From Candidatus Latescibacterota bacterium (GTDB lineage: Bacteria; Latescibacterota; UBA2968; UBA8231): a stretch of 20,297 nt of DNA. Positions 6,746 through 14,906 of this stretch are shown here, in pieces. The position numbers and the translations under genes are program-made. The stretch is from the NCBI GenBank assembly GCA_965219385.1, contig CBDCNM010000002.1, positions 1,150,639 to 1,170,935 of the forward strand. The letters run 5' to 3'. The notes under the pieces are model-generated. The model was not told the origin of the DNA and did no database searches. It saw nothing but the letters and a program-made list of their open reading frames with translations. Numbering within the stretch: the first letter of the stretch is position 1; every line of letters begins with the position of its first letter.

Positions 6746-8521
6746 TCACGCCACGGGCAGAATGACCTCAAAGGTCGTGCCTTTGCCCGGCATGCTCTGA
6801 ATAATGCTGATTCTGCCCTTGTGGTACTCTTCGACAATTCGTTTGACAAAGGCCAGGCCAAGCCCCCATCCACGCTTTTTCGTACTGAAACCCGGTTCGA
6901 ACACCCGGTTGACATTCTCCGGCTCTATGCCGCGCCCGTTGTCCTGAAAGGCGATCTGTACGACATTTTTTGAGGGCAGGAGACCGAGGCGGATCTCGAT
7001 GGCGCCGGCTTTGCGGCCGATCGCATCCATGCCGTTTTTGAACAGGTTCTCGAAGGCCCAGCTCATGAGTTCGGCGTTGAGGGGAATCAGGGGCACTTCC
7101 CGGCAATGCACCCTGATATCGCACTGCCCGAACTGCGGTCCGCGGCTCTTGAAATAGTTGATGGTTTCCTCCAGGACCGCCGTGATATCCTCCATTTTGA
7201 GTTCGGGCACAGAGCCGATCTGGCTGAAGCGCGAGGCGATCTGGTTCAGGCGCTGCATATCCTTTTGCATTTCGCCCACCTTTTGATCGACGCTCTGGAG
7301 GCGGGCGGGCCCATCCTCACCGGATACTTTCTCGAGTTCGTGCCGGATCAGTTCGAGCCATCCCGACAGCGAGGAGAGGGGGGTGCCGAGTTGGTGGGCC
7401 GTCTCCTTGGCCATGCCCACCCAGATGGAACGCTGCTCGCTGCGTCTGATATTGCGAAAGCCGATGTAGCCGACCAGAGAGAACAGCAACAGCACCCCCA
7501 CTAGGGCGAAGTTGGCCCACGAGACCCGGCTGACCAAGTCCGAGTCGCCGTAGTGGATGTACTGCAAGGTCTCCGAGGGGATCTTGAAAGGATAGGGATC
7601 CTTCTCGGCGCTCTGGCGCTGTATCCATTGTCTTATCTGCTCCAGAACGGCCGGGGTCCGCTCGCCCTGTTCGGGCAGGGATGCGCCCTGCCATTCGACG
7701 ATTTCGCCCCTGTTGTCCGTTATGACAAAACTCTCCCCATCGCCGTGTAGATAGCTGAACGATTTATGCGCAACAAAAAAGTCATGGGGTTCGTTCCGAG
7801 CGTCCATGCGCGCCAGGGCTTCCCGCAGTTTTACCACAGTCGTGGCCGTGGTGTCGTCCTCGGCTGGCAGGTCGCTGCCGCGCCATCCAGCAATGTCGCC
7901 GGCGCTGTTCGAGAGAATGAAATTGCCCTGGTCGTAGTGCAATAGACCACGCGATTGGGGAGATGCTTCAAAGGGGATGGGCTCATTCTGGGCATCCATC
8001 TTCTGAACCAACTCGCGCAGAAGCTGGATGGATGCCTTTGAGGTATCGCCCGCCGCCGGTAACCCCTCTCCCTTCCACTCGGTGATTTCACCTTTGTAGT
8101 TGGTGAAGATGATGGGGAAATAACTGGGTTTTTCGATGACCTCCGTGAAGATGAGCCCCATCTGTTCGTTGGTAGCCAGCTGGGAATATGCAAATGTGTA
8201 GAGGTTCGCGTACAGCTCCACCTGGTTCTTCTTTTCTTTTTCGAACTCCTGGATGAGGGATTCGTTGTACAGCAGGAACGCCAGAATGGCTATTACCCCG
8301 CCGACGAATAGATAGGCGCGAAAAGCCGAAAAGACCCCGAAATAAGATGCCTTGCGCGCCCAGTGCCCCCACGCGGATGTACGGGTTCGCTCTCCCGTGC
8401 GCCCCGGCGCTGGCACCTCCGTCGCCGGCAGGACGGGCTCGACCATCCCTCCCGATCGGCGCCGGCGACGTTTGGGCGCGGCGATCGGGGTGGGAACGGG
8501 ATTCTCGTGTTCTTCCATCAT
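6746..8521 (-). CDS. Membrane sensor histidine kinase, PorY-like, with a triplicated periplasmic module
   Basis: 591 aa with two TM helices (~aa 68-85 and 335-355), H-box WVGMAKETAHQLGTPLSSL, N-box ENLFKNGMDA, G1 DNGRGI and F/G2 FEPGFSTKKRGWGLGL. The PorY-family assignment rests on recalled motif similarity and has not been verified. Confidence 0.9.
   Translation of the reverse strand: MMEEHENPVPTPIAAPKRRRRRSGGMVEPVLPATEVPAPGRTGERTRTSAWGHWARKASYFGVFSAFRAYLFVGGVIAILAFLLYNESLIQEFEKEKKNQVELYANLYTFAYSQLATNEQMGLIFTEVIEKPSYFPIIFTNYKGEITEWKGEGLPAAGDTSKASIQLLRELVQKMDAQNEPIPFEASPQSRGLLHYDQGNFILSNSAGDIAGWRGSDLPAEDDTTATTVVKLREALARMDARNEPHDFFVAHKSFSYLHGDGESFVITDNRGEIVEWQGASLPEQGERTPAVLEQIRQWIQRQSAEKDPYPFKIPSETLQYIHYGDSDLVSRVSWANFALVGVLLLFSLVGYIGFRNIRRSEQRSIWVGMAKETAHQLGTPLSSLSGWLELIRHELEKVSGEDGPARLQSVDQKVGEMQKDMQRLNQIASRFSQIGSVPELKMEDITAVLEETINYFKSRGPQFGQCDIRVHCREVPLIPLNAELMSWAFENLFKNGMDAIGRKAGAIEIRLGLLPSKNVVQIAFQDNGRGIEPENVNRVFEPGFSTKKRGWGLGLAFVKRIVEEYHKGRISIIQSMPGKGTTFEVILPVA
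7538..8113 (-). repeat. Three tandem 64-aa (192-nt) protein repeats within the kinase sensor domain
   Basis: aa 137-200, 201-264 and 265-328 align without gaps: W149/213/277, G151/215/279, LP154/218/282, P181/245/309, F184/248/312, H195/259/323. Confidence 0.92.
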
Positions 8522-8679
8522 CGGATCGGGAACTTTTTGTCAAATAAACGCGTTTACTCTAAATTAAATAATAGCATGGAAAATAACCCGAATTTTATGT
8601 CTTCTACACAAAGACTCGCCATTCCGCGAACAGGTTCCGCCACCTGGACGCTACCCTGTAACGCCCCTGAAAACAGCTC

Positions 8680-9636
8680 ATGACGCCGGCAAAACGCAAA
8701 CTGGCTTTTCGCCTCCTGCTCCTGTGCACGGCGGTTATCTGTCGTCCGGTGCAGGCGGCCGATCGCGCCGACCTGCCGGCGCAAGGTTCGACTCAGGGCA
8801 TCAAACTGGACCGCCTGGCCCTGGTGGGTGGGGGGGGCGCCGTCTTTCGCTATCTGGGGTACAGGTATGTCGACCGCGCCTGGTACCAGGGCAAAAAACA
8901 GGACCACATCCGCTGGATAAACGACTGGTCCGGCGAGACCTACCTGAATATAGACAAAGGCGGGCACTTCATGGGCGGGCTGTACCTGGCCCAGACCCTG
9001 AATAACGCCTATGCCTGGAGCAATTTCAGTCCTCGCTCGGCAGCCCTTCTCGGAACCCTGACCAGTTGGGCCGCTCTTCTGGAGATCGAAATGCGCGACG
9101 CTCACTTCGATCAGTGGGGCTTCAGTATCCCGGATTTTGTCGCCAATACCGTCGGCGCCAGCATACCTCTCATGTACGCCCTCTTCCCGCGCACTCAGGC
9201 CATTCGCTTTAAGTGGAGCTACTTTCCTTCCGCTCTTTATCGGGACAACCAGAAACGGGCGGCGGCAAACCAGCCCCATTTCGACTACGTGATCGACGAC
9301 TACGAGGGCATGACCTTCTGGATGACGCTGTCGATGAACCAGGTCTTGAGGGGGCGCGCCGAGGAAATCTGGCCGGACTACCTGGGATTGGCGCTGGGAT
9401 ACGGCGCTGTGGGCATGCACGGCAGCAGTGTAAAAAGCACAGGACCTAATAGGGCCTATCGCGATTTGCCGGATGCCCGATCCGAGATCTTCCTGGCGCT
9501 GGATTGCGATGCTCGCTTGTTGCCCGGGCAGGGCAGATTCTGGCGCTACGTCAAAGACCAGTTGAACTGGATTCACCTTCCGGCGCCGGCCGTGCGACTC
9601 CATCCAGAGTGGCGCTTCTACCTGCTCTATATGTGA
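8680..9636 (+). CDS. DUF2279/YfiM-like exported or membrane protein
   Basis: 318 aa with a signal peptide and motifs WINDW...DKGGHF, IEMRDA...WGFS..DFVANTVG and DDYEGMTFW. Confidence 0.75.
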   Translation: MTPAKRKLAFRLLLLCTAVICRPVQAADRADLPAQGSTQGIKLDRLALVGGGGAVFRYLGYRYVDRAWYQGKKQDHIRWINDWSGETYLNIDKGGHFMGGLYLAQTLNNAYAWSNFSPRSAALLGTLTSWAALLEIEMRDAHFDQWGFSIPDFVANTVGASIPLMYALFPRTQAIRFKWSYFPSALYRDNQKRAAANQPHFDYVIDDYEGMTFWMTLSMNQVLRGRAEEIWPDYLGLALGYGAVGMHGSSVKSTGPNRAYRDLPDARSEIFLALDCDARLLPGQGRFWRYVKDQLNWIHLPAPAVRLHPEWRFYLLYM

Positions 9637-9717
9637 GGATTTATTGGAGCAGGGGAATAATCCATACTGCACGGAATCGGCGGTCGGCCGTGTGGGGCTT
9701 GTACCTCTGGCGTTTTA

Positions 9718-9870
9718 TGAGACCCAGGGCGCTCTTGCCCCGCTCCCCCTTCCTGCTGCTGCGCCCGCTTGCAGCCCACCCCACCCTCCCCCCAGGCAGG
9801 CCTGAGTCCCAGAGCGCCCTTTTCCCCGCTCCTTGGTGCTGCGCCCGCTCGCAGCCCCCACCGCCCTGCC
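9718..9870. repeat. Two degenerate direct repeats (~70 bp each) carrying a conserved hairpin, REP/BIME-like
   Basis: Copy 1 (9718-9790): TGAGACCCAGGGCGCTCTT-G-CCCCGCTCC...TGCTGCGCCCGCTTGCAGCCC. Copy 2 (9803-9870): TGAGTCCCAGAGCGCCCTT-TT-CCCCGCTCC...TGCTGCGCCCGCTCGCAGCCC. Confidence 0.75.
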
Positions 9871-9912
9871 GGCACCATCCCCTCCCGGCCTCGAGGTCCC
9901 CATGGTTCCAGC

Positions 9913-10404
9913 TCAGTTCTTTGCGGATTGCGGAGCTCTTTCCAGGGATCTGTCGGCGGCCTTGCCATCCACACCTGGCTCTTGAGCCTTGCCTTCCACG
10001 GAAGATTCCCCCCGAGCGTTGATCTTGCTCTCCAGTGCCTCTTCATCGATCTCCATGGAACTACTGCCGTGAAAAATAGCGCCCTCGGAAACCGCAAGGG
10101 TATCGGCGTAGATGTCGCCGATAAACCGGGCCTGGCTATCCAGGCCCACTTTTTCCGCGCGCACGGTGCCGCGCACAATGCCGTTGATATAAATCTCTTT
10201 GCCCTCTATATGAGCATAGGCTTCGCCGGATTGACTGATGGTCAGGGTCCCGGAACAGGTGAGTTCACCTTTGAAGCTACCATCAATGCGGACGCTGTTT
10301 TCTACCCGCATGGTCCCCTCGAAGAGGGTATCCCGACCAATGATGGTGTTGAGCGTCTGGCTACCGCTGCCGACTGCCGCGCCGTTTTCCTTTTTTCTCA
10401 GCAT
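9913..10404 (-). CDS. Bactofilin (polymer-forming cytoskeletal protein, CcmA family)
   Basis: Beta-helix pattern NTIIGRDTLFEGTM...VRIDGSFKGEL...LTISQSG...INGIVRGTV...GDIYADTLAVSEGAIFHGSSSM. GAGGCGGG Shine-Dalgarno. Confidence 0.93.
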   Translation of the reverse strand: MLRKKENGAAVGSGSQTLNTIIGRDTLFEGTMRVENSVRIDGSFKGELTCSGTLTISQSGEAYAHIEGKEIYINGIVRGTVRAEKVGLDSQARFIGDIYADTLAVSEGAIFHGSSSMEIDEEALESKINARGESSVEGKAQEPGVDGKAADRSLERAPQSAKN

Positions 10405-10482
10405 GCATTCCCGCCTCTTAAAAAAAATCTTTCTCCATTAACCCATAAAAATCAATATATTATATACCTTTTACAATAGTTC

Positions 10483-10613
10483 GGACACTTTTTCGATTTT
10501 GAGCGGATTTTCATGGCATCAAAACTCGTAAGTGCTTATTTATCAACAAGTTGCAAATTTCAGTGCCGATTTTCCCTAACCCTTTATTTATCAACGACTT
10601 ACAAAAAGTGTCC
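10483..10613. repeat. 131-bp segment bounded by perfect 11-bp inverted repeats and containing two related 27-bp imperfect palindromes
   Basis: Ends GGACACTTTTT(10483-10493) and AAAAAGTGTCC(10603-10613). Internal sites GTAAGTGCTTA-TTTAT-CAACAAGTTGC(10528-10554) and CTAACCCTTTA-TTTAT-CAACGACTTAC(10576-10602). Confidence 0.75.
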
Positions 10614-10671
10614 ACAGTATTGTTTTACAATCGGGATGCAAAGAAAAAAACCAAGATCATCCGGTCGTAGA

Positions 10672-11859
10672 TCAGCTCTTCCGTTTCTTTTTTTTTCTCT
10701 GTTTTTGTGCCAGGCCCTTTTTTAACTCTTCCTGCTCCTGCAGGTGCTCCACCACCACCATGACCGCAGCGCTGGTCGCATCCTCCACGGTCTCGGTATC
10801 GATAATGGGAATATCGTGTTTGCTGCTGGATTCCACGATGTGTTCCTGAATCTTGAAAATCTCCTCGAGATGCGACAGGTACCTGTGGGTGGGACGGGAC
10901 GGCGCCAACGCCGCGCGCTTGGCAAAACGCTCCTCGTAAGCCTGGCGATCTTCCAGGGCCAGACACAAAGGTACCAAAAAGGCGGACTCGAAGTATTCCC
11001 CGGTGTCGATAAAATCGGGCAACAGGTGCACGCCGTCGATGATGACACTGGCGTTTTCTTCGATGCACCGACTCAAAATCGCCCGCACCCCCACACTGAC
11101 CACCTTGGCCTGTTCCCGGAACCCGGCAATCACCGGCTCTAGTTCCAGGGTGTTGATTGCGGAGGGCGTGGACCAGGCGGTGTAGGACGAACCGTGAATC
11201 GCAGGCGTCAACTCCGGGGCCAGCATAAGGCGCATGATCTGGCGAATATCGTCGGTGGCCACCACCCGGGGAATATCCAGTACACTGGCCAGGCTGATGG
11301 CCAGCGAGGTCTTGCCAACGCCGCTGGCGCCGCCGATCAGAATGATCAACGGCTTGTCCAGGTCGCCCCAGGTGCGCCACACCTTGTAGCGCTCGGCATA
11401 GGATTTGTCGTGGTGCTCGGCCAGCATGACCTGGGCCAGCTCTTCCAGTTCCTGGTGGGTTATGCGGCTTATGTGCTGATCGATCAGATGGGACTCGATG
11501 TCCCTGGCGGTCTGAAAGGCCTGGTCCGGGGCCAGGCCCGAGGCCTGGATCGAATGCGAAAGCAGCTCTTTGGAGAAAGGTCGCAAGCCGTCTTTGCGCT
11601 CTACGGTAATGCTGGTGGGCAAACGCTCCCAGAAGACCAGATCCCCTACCTGACGCCCGTCGTGCTCCTTGCGAATGAGTTGATTGACGAGCTTGAGGAT
11701 CTCTTTCTTCTCGATGTCTTTCTGCTTGCTCAGGGCCTCGCGGATCGCATTGGCCAGGCCATCAGCTTCTTCGTAGGCAAAACCCCGCTGGATCAGGTAG
11801 GATATCAGCATTCCGCGCCTGAAGGGAATGCGTTTTTTACCATCGACAATGGTCGCCAC
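10672..11859 (-). CDS. 2-phosphoglycerate kinase-like P-loop kinase with N-terminal ATP-cone-like domains
   Basis: Two ATP-cone-like segments (RIPFRRGMLISYL..., LRPFSKELLSHSIQASGL...AFQTARDIE). Kinase motifs PLIILIGGASGVGKT, VVATDDIRQIMR, IHGSSYTAW, GFREQA and IIDGVHLLP. GTG 11859 with a GGGAG Shine-Dalgarno is preferred over the start at 11997, giving 395 aa. Confidence 0.85.
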   Translation of the reverse strand: MATIVDGKKRIPFRRGMLISYLIQRGFAYEEADGLANAIREALSKQKDIEKKEILKLVNQLIRKEHDGRQVGDLVFWERLPTSITVERKDGLRPFSKELLSHSIQASGLAPDQAFQTARDIESHLIDQHISRITHQELEELAQVMLAEHHDKSYAERYKVWRTWGDLDKPLIILIGGASGVGKTSLAISLASVLDIPRVVATDDIRQIMRLMLAPELTPAIHGSSYTAWSTPSAINTLELEPVIAGFREQAKVVSVGVRAILSRCIEENASVIIDGVHLLPDFIDTGEYFESAFLVPLCLALEDRQAYEERFAKRAALAPSRPTHRYLSHLEEIFKIQEHIVESSSKHDIPIIDTETVEDATSAAVMVVVEHLQEQEELKKGLAQKQRKKKKRKS

Positions 11860-11902
11860 CGGACTCTCCCCAAGAGTGGAAGGTAGAAAAAAAGTCTTCT
11901 GG

Positions 11903-11932
11903 AATATAGGACCAAACAAGGACAACAGGCAA
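11903..11932 (-). promoter_or_regulatory. Candidate promoter for the 2-phosphoglycerate kinase-like gene
   Basis: Minus-strand TTGCCT-N18-TATATT, about 45 nt upstream of the GTG start. Confidence 0.4.
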
Positions 11933-11958
11933 GCGGGGTTGCGGCACGCGATAAACGA

Positions 11959-11987
11959 TTGACAATTTCCGCACTTGGAGTTAACTT
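11959..11987 (+). promoter_or_regulatory. Candidate sigma70 promoter facing the tal operon
   Basis: TTGACA(11959-11964)-N17-TAACTT(11982-11987). Confidence 0.55.
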
Positions 11988-12018
11988 GGAAAATCACCCT
12001 AAACGAGGTGGTGTGGGG

Positions 12019-12060
12019 GGGCTAGAGCCGCAATATGGCTGTAGCCCTTCTTCTTTTTCT
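12019..12060 (+). terminator. Terminator-like hairpin in the tal leader region
   Basis: GGGCTA-G-AGCCG-caata-TGGCT-G-TAGCCC followed by TTCTTCTTTTTCT. Confidence 0.6.
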
Positions 12061-12171
12061 AAAAATTTGCTCGGAATCGGCTGGATCTTCATATTTATAG
12101 CTGGTTCCGTTTTTTGATGTTTTTCTGGATGTCTTTTCTCCTCCCTTTTCAAGAAGCAAGGAGCTCTGACC

Positions 12172-13308
12172 ATGGCCAACCCCCTCATCAACCTGCAGCA
12201 GCACGGCCAGAGTGTGTGGTACGACAACATGCGACGCGGTCTGATCATGTCCGGCGAACTGCAAGCTCTGATCGAAAACGACGGACTCCGCGGCATGACC
12301 TCCAATCCGGCCATCTTCGAAAAGGCCATCTCCGGCTCGGCCGACTACACCGGCGCCCTCAGAGCCCTGGCCCACTCCGGTAAGACAGCGCTGGAGATCT
12401 ACGAAGTAATCGCCGTAGAAGATATCCAGTGGGCCGCGGACCTGCTGCTGCCGGTCTACGAGGAAACCGGGGGGCGGGATGGTTTCATCTCGCTCGAGGT
12501 CTCACCTCACCTGGCTCACGACACCGAAGGCACCGTCAAAGAAGCCCTGCACCTGGCCGGCCAGGTCGGCCGCAAGAATCTGATGATCAAGGTACCGGGC
12601 ACTCCGGCCGGTGTTCCCGCGGTCGAACGCCTGAGCGGCGAAGGGTTGAACATCAATATCACCCTGCTCTTTGCCCAGAAAAACTACGAGCAGGTCGCCG
12701 AGGCCTATATCGCCGGTCTGGAAATGCTGGCGGGAAGGGGCGGCAACGTAGCCGAAGTTGCCAGCGTGGCCAGCTTTTTCATCAGCCGCATCGACACCCT
12801 GGCCGACGAGCGCATCCAGGCCCGCCTGCAGGAGGTGGAACGGCCCAGCGAGCGCCTGGCTCTGCGCCAGCTGCTGGGCCAGATCGCCATTGCCAATGCC
12901 AGGCTCACCTATGCCCGGTACAAGGAGATCTGCAAGAGTGAGCGCTGGCAAAAGCTGGCGGCTCAGGGGGCCCGCACCCAGCGCCTGCTCTGGGCCAGCA
13001 CCAGCACCAAGAATCCGGTCTACCGCGACGTGATCTACGTCGAAGAGTTGATCGGGCCGGATACGGTAAACACCATGCCGGAGGCCACCCTCAATGCCTT
13101 CCGCGATCACGGCGTGGTCAAACCCACCCTCGAAGAGGGCCTGAAAGAGGCCCGGGATACCATGGCCGGCCTCGAAGAGCTGGGCATCTCCATGGACGCT
13201 TTGACCGCCAAGTTGCAGGAGGATGCAGTGCGCCTCTTCGTGGAACCCTTTGACAAGTTGCTGGGGGCCATCGAAGCCCAGCGCCAAGTCGTACCCAAAC
13301 GCGCCTAG
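12172..13308 (+). CDS. tal: Transaldolase (long, mycobacterial/plant-like type)
   Basis: Motifs [36 protein letters not shown] (Schiff-base Lys), [18 protein letters not shown] and [17 protein letters not shown] Shine-Dalgarno. Confidence 0.97.
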   Translation: MANPLINLQQHGQSVWYDNMRRGLIMSGELQALIENDGLRGMTSNPAIFEKAISGSADYTGALRALAHSGKTALEIYEVIAVEDIQWAADLLLPVYEETGGRDGFISLEVSPHLAHDTEGTVKEALHLAGQVGRKNLMIKVPGTPAGVPAVERLSGEGLNINITLLFAQKNYEQVAEAYIAGLEMLAGRGGNVAEVASVASFFISRIDTLADERIQARLQEVERPSERLALRQLLGQIAIANARLTYARYKEICKSERWQKLAAQGARTQRLLWASTSTKNPVYRDVIYVEELIGPDTVNTMPEATLNAFRDHGVVKPTLEEGLKEARDTMAGLEELGISMDALTAKLQEDAVRLFVEPFDKLLGAIEAQRQVVPKRA

Positions 13309-13324
13309 CGAACAGGGACGCGCT

Positions 13325-14836
13325 ATGCCCGACACCTTCATGGCCCCTGAGCGGGTGCCCGACCCTTGCGCCCTGGTCATCTTCGGCGCCTCGGGGGATC
13401 TGACTCGCCGCAAGCTGGTCCCGGCCATCTGGCATCTCGACCAGCAGGGCCGTCTTCCCGCCGAATTCGCCCTGATCGGCATGGCCCGCCGCGCCATGGA
13501 CGAGGTCGGCTTTCGCGACCAGATGAAGGAAGCCTTGCTGGAGTTCGTAGGTCCGATTGATCCCCTGCTCCTGGATCGCTTTCTGGCCAAACTGTTCTAC
13601 ATCCGCGGCGATCCGACCAACCCGGAGACCTTCCAGCGTCTGGCCGAACAACTGGACTACCTGGACCAGGAACGCGGCACCCGGGGCAACCGCTGTTTCT
13701 ATTGTTCGGTGCCGCCCCAGGTCTACCTGGATATCGTCGAGCACCTGGGCGCGGCCGGCCTTAACCGCGAGCACCATCAGGGCAGGGGTTGGACGCGCAT
13801 CATCGTCGAAAAACCCTTTGGCCACGACCTGGAATCGGCTCGCGCCCTGAACCGGGTGCTCCACCAGGTGTTCGACGAGCACCAGATCTACCGCATTGAT
13901 CACTACCTGGGCAAGGAAACCGTGCAGAACATCCTGGTCTTCCGCCTGGCCAACTCCATATTCGAGCCCCTGTGGAACCGCCGCTACGTGGACCACGTGC
14001 AGATCACCGCGGCCGAGATCGTGGGCGTGGAACACCGCGCCGACTACTACGACCGCTCGGGTGCCCTGCGCGACATGATCCAGAACCATCTCCTGCAGAT
14101 ACTCTGTGTCATCGCCATGGAGCCGCCCTCCTCCTTCGACTCGGAGAGTGTGCGCATCGAAAAGCTCAAGGTGCTCAAGGCCTTCCGGCCCTACAGCATC
14201 GGCCAGGTGGACCGCTTTGCCGTGCGCGGCCAGTACAGCAGGGGCGCCATCGGCGACGAGCCGGTCCCAGGCTATCGGGAGGAAGAAGGGGTGGTCCCCG
14301 ATTCCCGCACCGAGACCTTCGCAGCCATGGAGTTCACCATTGACAACTGGCGCTGGCAGGGCGTGCCCTTTTATTTGCGCACGGGCAAGCGGATGGCAAA
14401 GCGGGTCAGCGCCGTTACCCTGCAGTTCAAGCAGCCGCCTCACCTGATCTTCCAGGAGGGCGAAGACCTGCAGGCCAGCACCCTGACCATCCGCATCCAG
14501 CCGGAAGAAGGCATTTCCCTGTCCTTCAGCGGCAAGATCCCGGGGCCGGATGTGAAGCTGGGTACGGTGAAAATGGACTTCGGCTATGCCGGAACCTTCG
14601 GGGGGCGCAGTCCCGAAGCCTACGAGGCCCTGCTGCTGGACTGCTTTCTGGGGGATGCCACGCTCTACGCCAGCAGCGGCTGGATCGAAAAATCATGGGA
14701 GCTGATGATGCCGCTCCTCGAAGCCTGGAGCGCGACCACATCGGGCTCGCTCCCCACCTACCCGGCCGGTTCCTGGGGCCCCGGGGAAGCAGATCGCTTA
14801 TTCGACCAGAATTGGCGGGCGTGGACTCAACTGTAA
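13325..14836 (+). CDS. zwf: Glucose-6-phosphate 1-dehydrogenase
   Basis: Motifs [44 protein letters not shown] and [14 protein letters not shown]. Start reassigned to ATG 13325, after the tal stop. Confidence 0.98.
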   Translation: MPDTFMAPERVPDPCALVIFGASGDLTRRKLVPAIWHLDQQGRLPAEFALIGMARRAMDEVGFRDQMKEALLEFVGPIDPLLLDRFLAKLFYIRGDPTNPETFQRLAEQLDYLDQERGTRGNRCFYCSVPPQVYLDIVEHLGAAGLNREHHQGRGWTRIIVEKPFGHDLESARALNRVLHQVFDEHQIYRIDHYLGKETVQNILVFRLANSIFEPLWNRRYVDHVQITAAEIVGVEHRADYYDRSGALRDMIQNHLLQILCVIAMEPPSSFDSESVRIEKLKVLKAFRPYSIGQVDRFAVRGQYSRGAIGDEPVPGYREEEGVVPDSRTETFAAMEFTIDNWRWQGVPFYLRTGKRMAKRVSAVTLQFKQPPHLIFQEGEDLQASTLTIRIQPEEGISLSFSGKIPGPDVKLGTVKMDFGYAGTFGGRSPEAYEALLLDCFLGDATLYASSGWIEKSWELMMPLLEAWSATTSGSLPTYPAGSWGPGEADRLFDQNWRAWTQL

Positions 14837-14906
14837 TACACAACGAACCCGCGTGAACATCCCCTTCCGGCCGTCAATCCGCAAACTACGAGGGAGGTAC
14901 TTTGAA

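Noticed and set aside
8554..9672. 372-aa minus-strand ORF
   Set aside because: It is the antisense shadow of the DUF2279-like gene.
9718..9870. CRISPR array
   Set aside because: There are only two degenerate copies, no unique spacers of regular length and no cas genes.
10405..10671. Confident oriC or dif call
   Set aside because: Only mismatched DnaA-box-like 9-mers are present, with no dnaA/dnaN/gidA neighbours. The palindromes do not match the XerD arm TTATGTTAAAT. Kept only as an alternative hypothesis.
10513..10725. 70-aa plus-strand ORF in the AT-rich gap
   Set aside because: It has no Shine-Dalgarno, atypical composition, runs through the palindromic sites and overlaps the kinase 3' end in antisense.
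11860..11997. N-terminal extension in the ORF track for the kinase at 11997 (likewise starts 13223, 14853, 15610 and 18769)
   Set aside because: The extensions overlap promoters or neighbouring genes, or precede a better start. The downstream starts have Shine-Dalgarno sites or stop-start coupling and match where family similarity begins.
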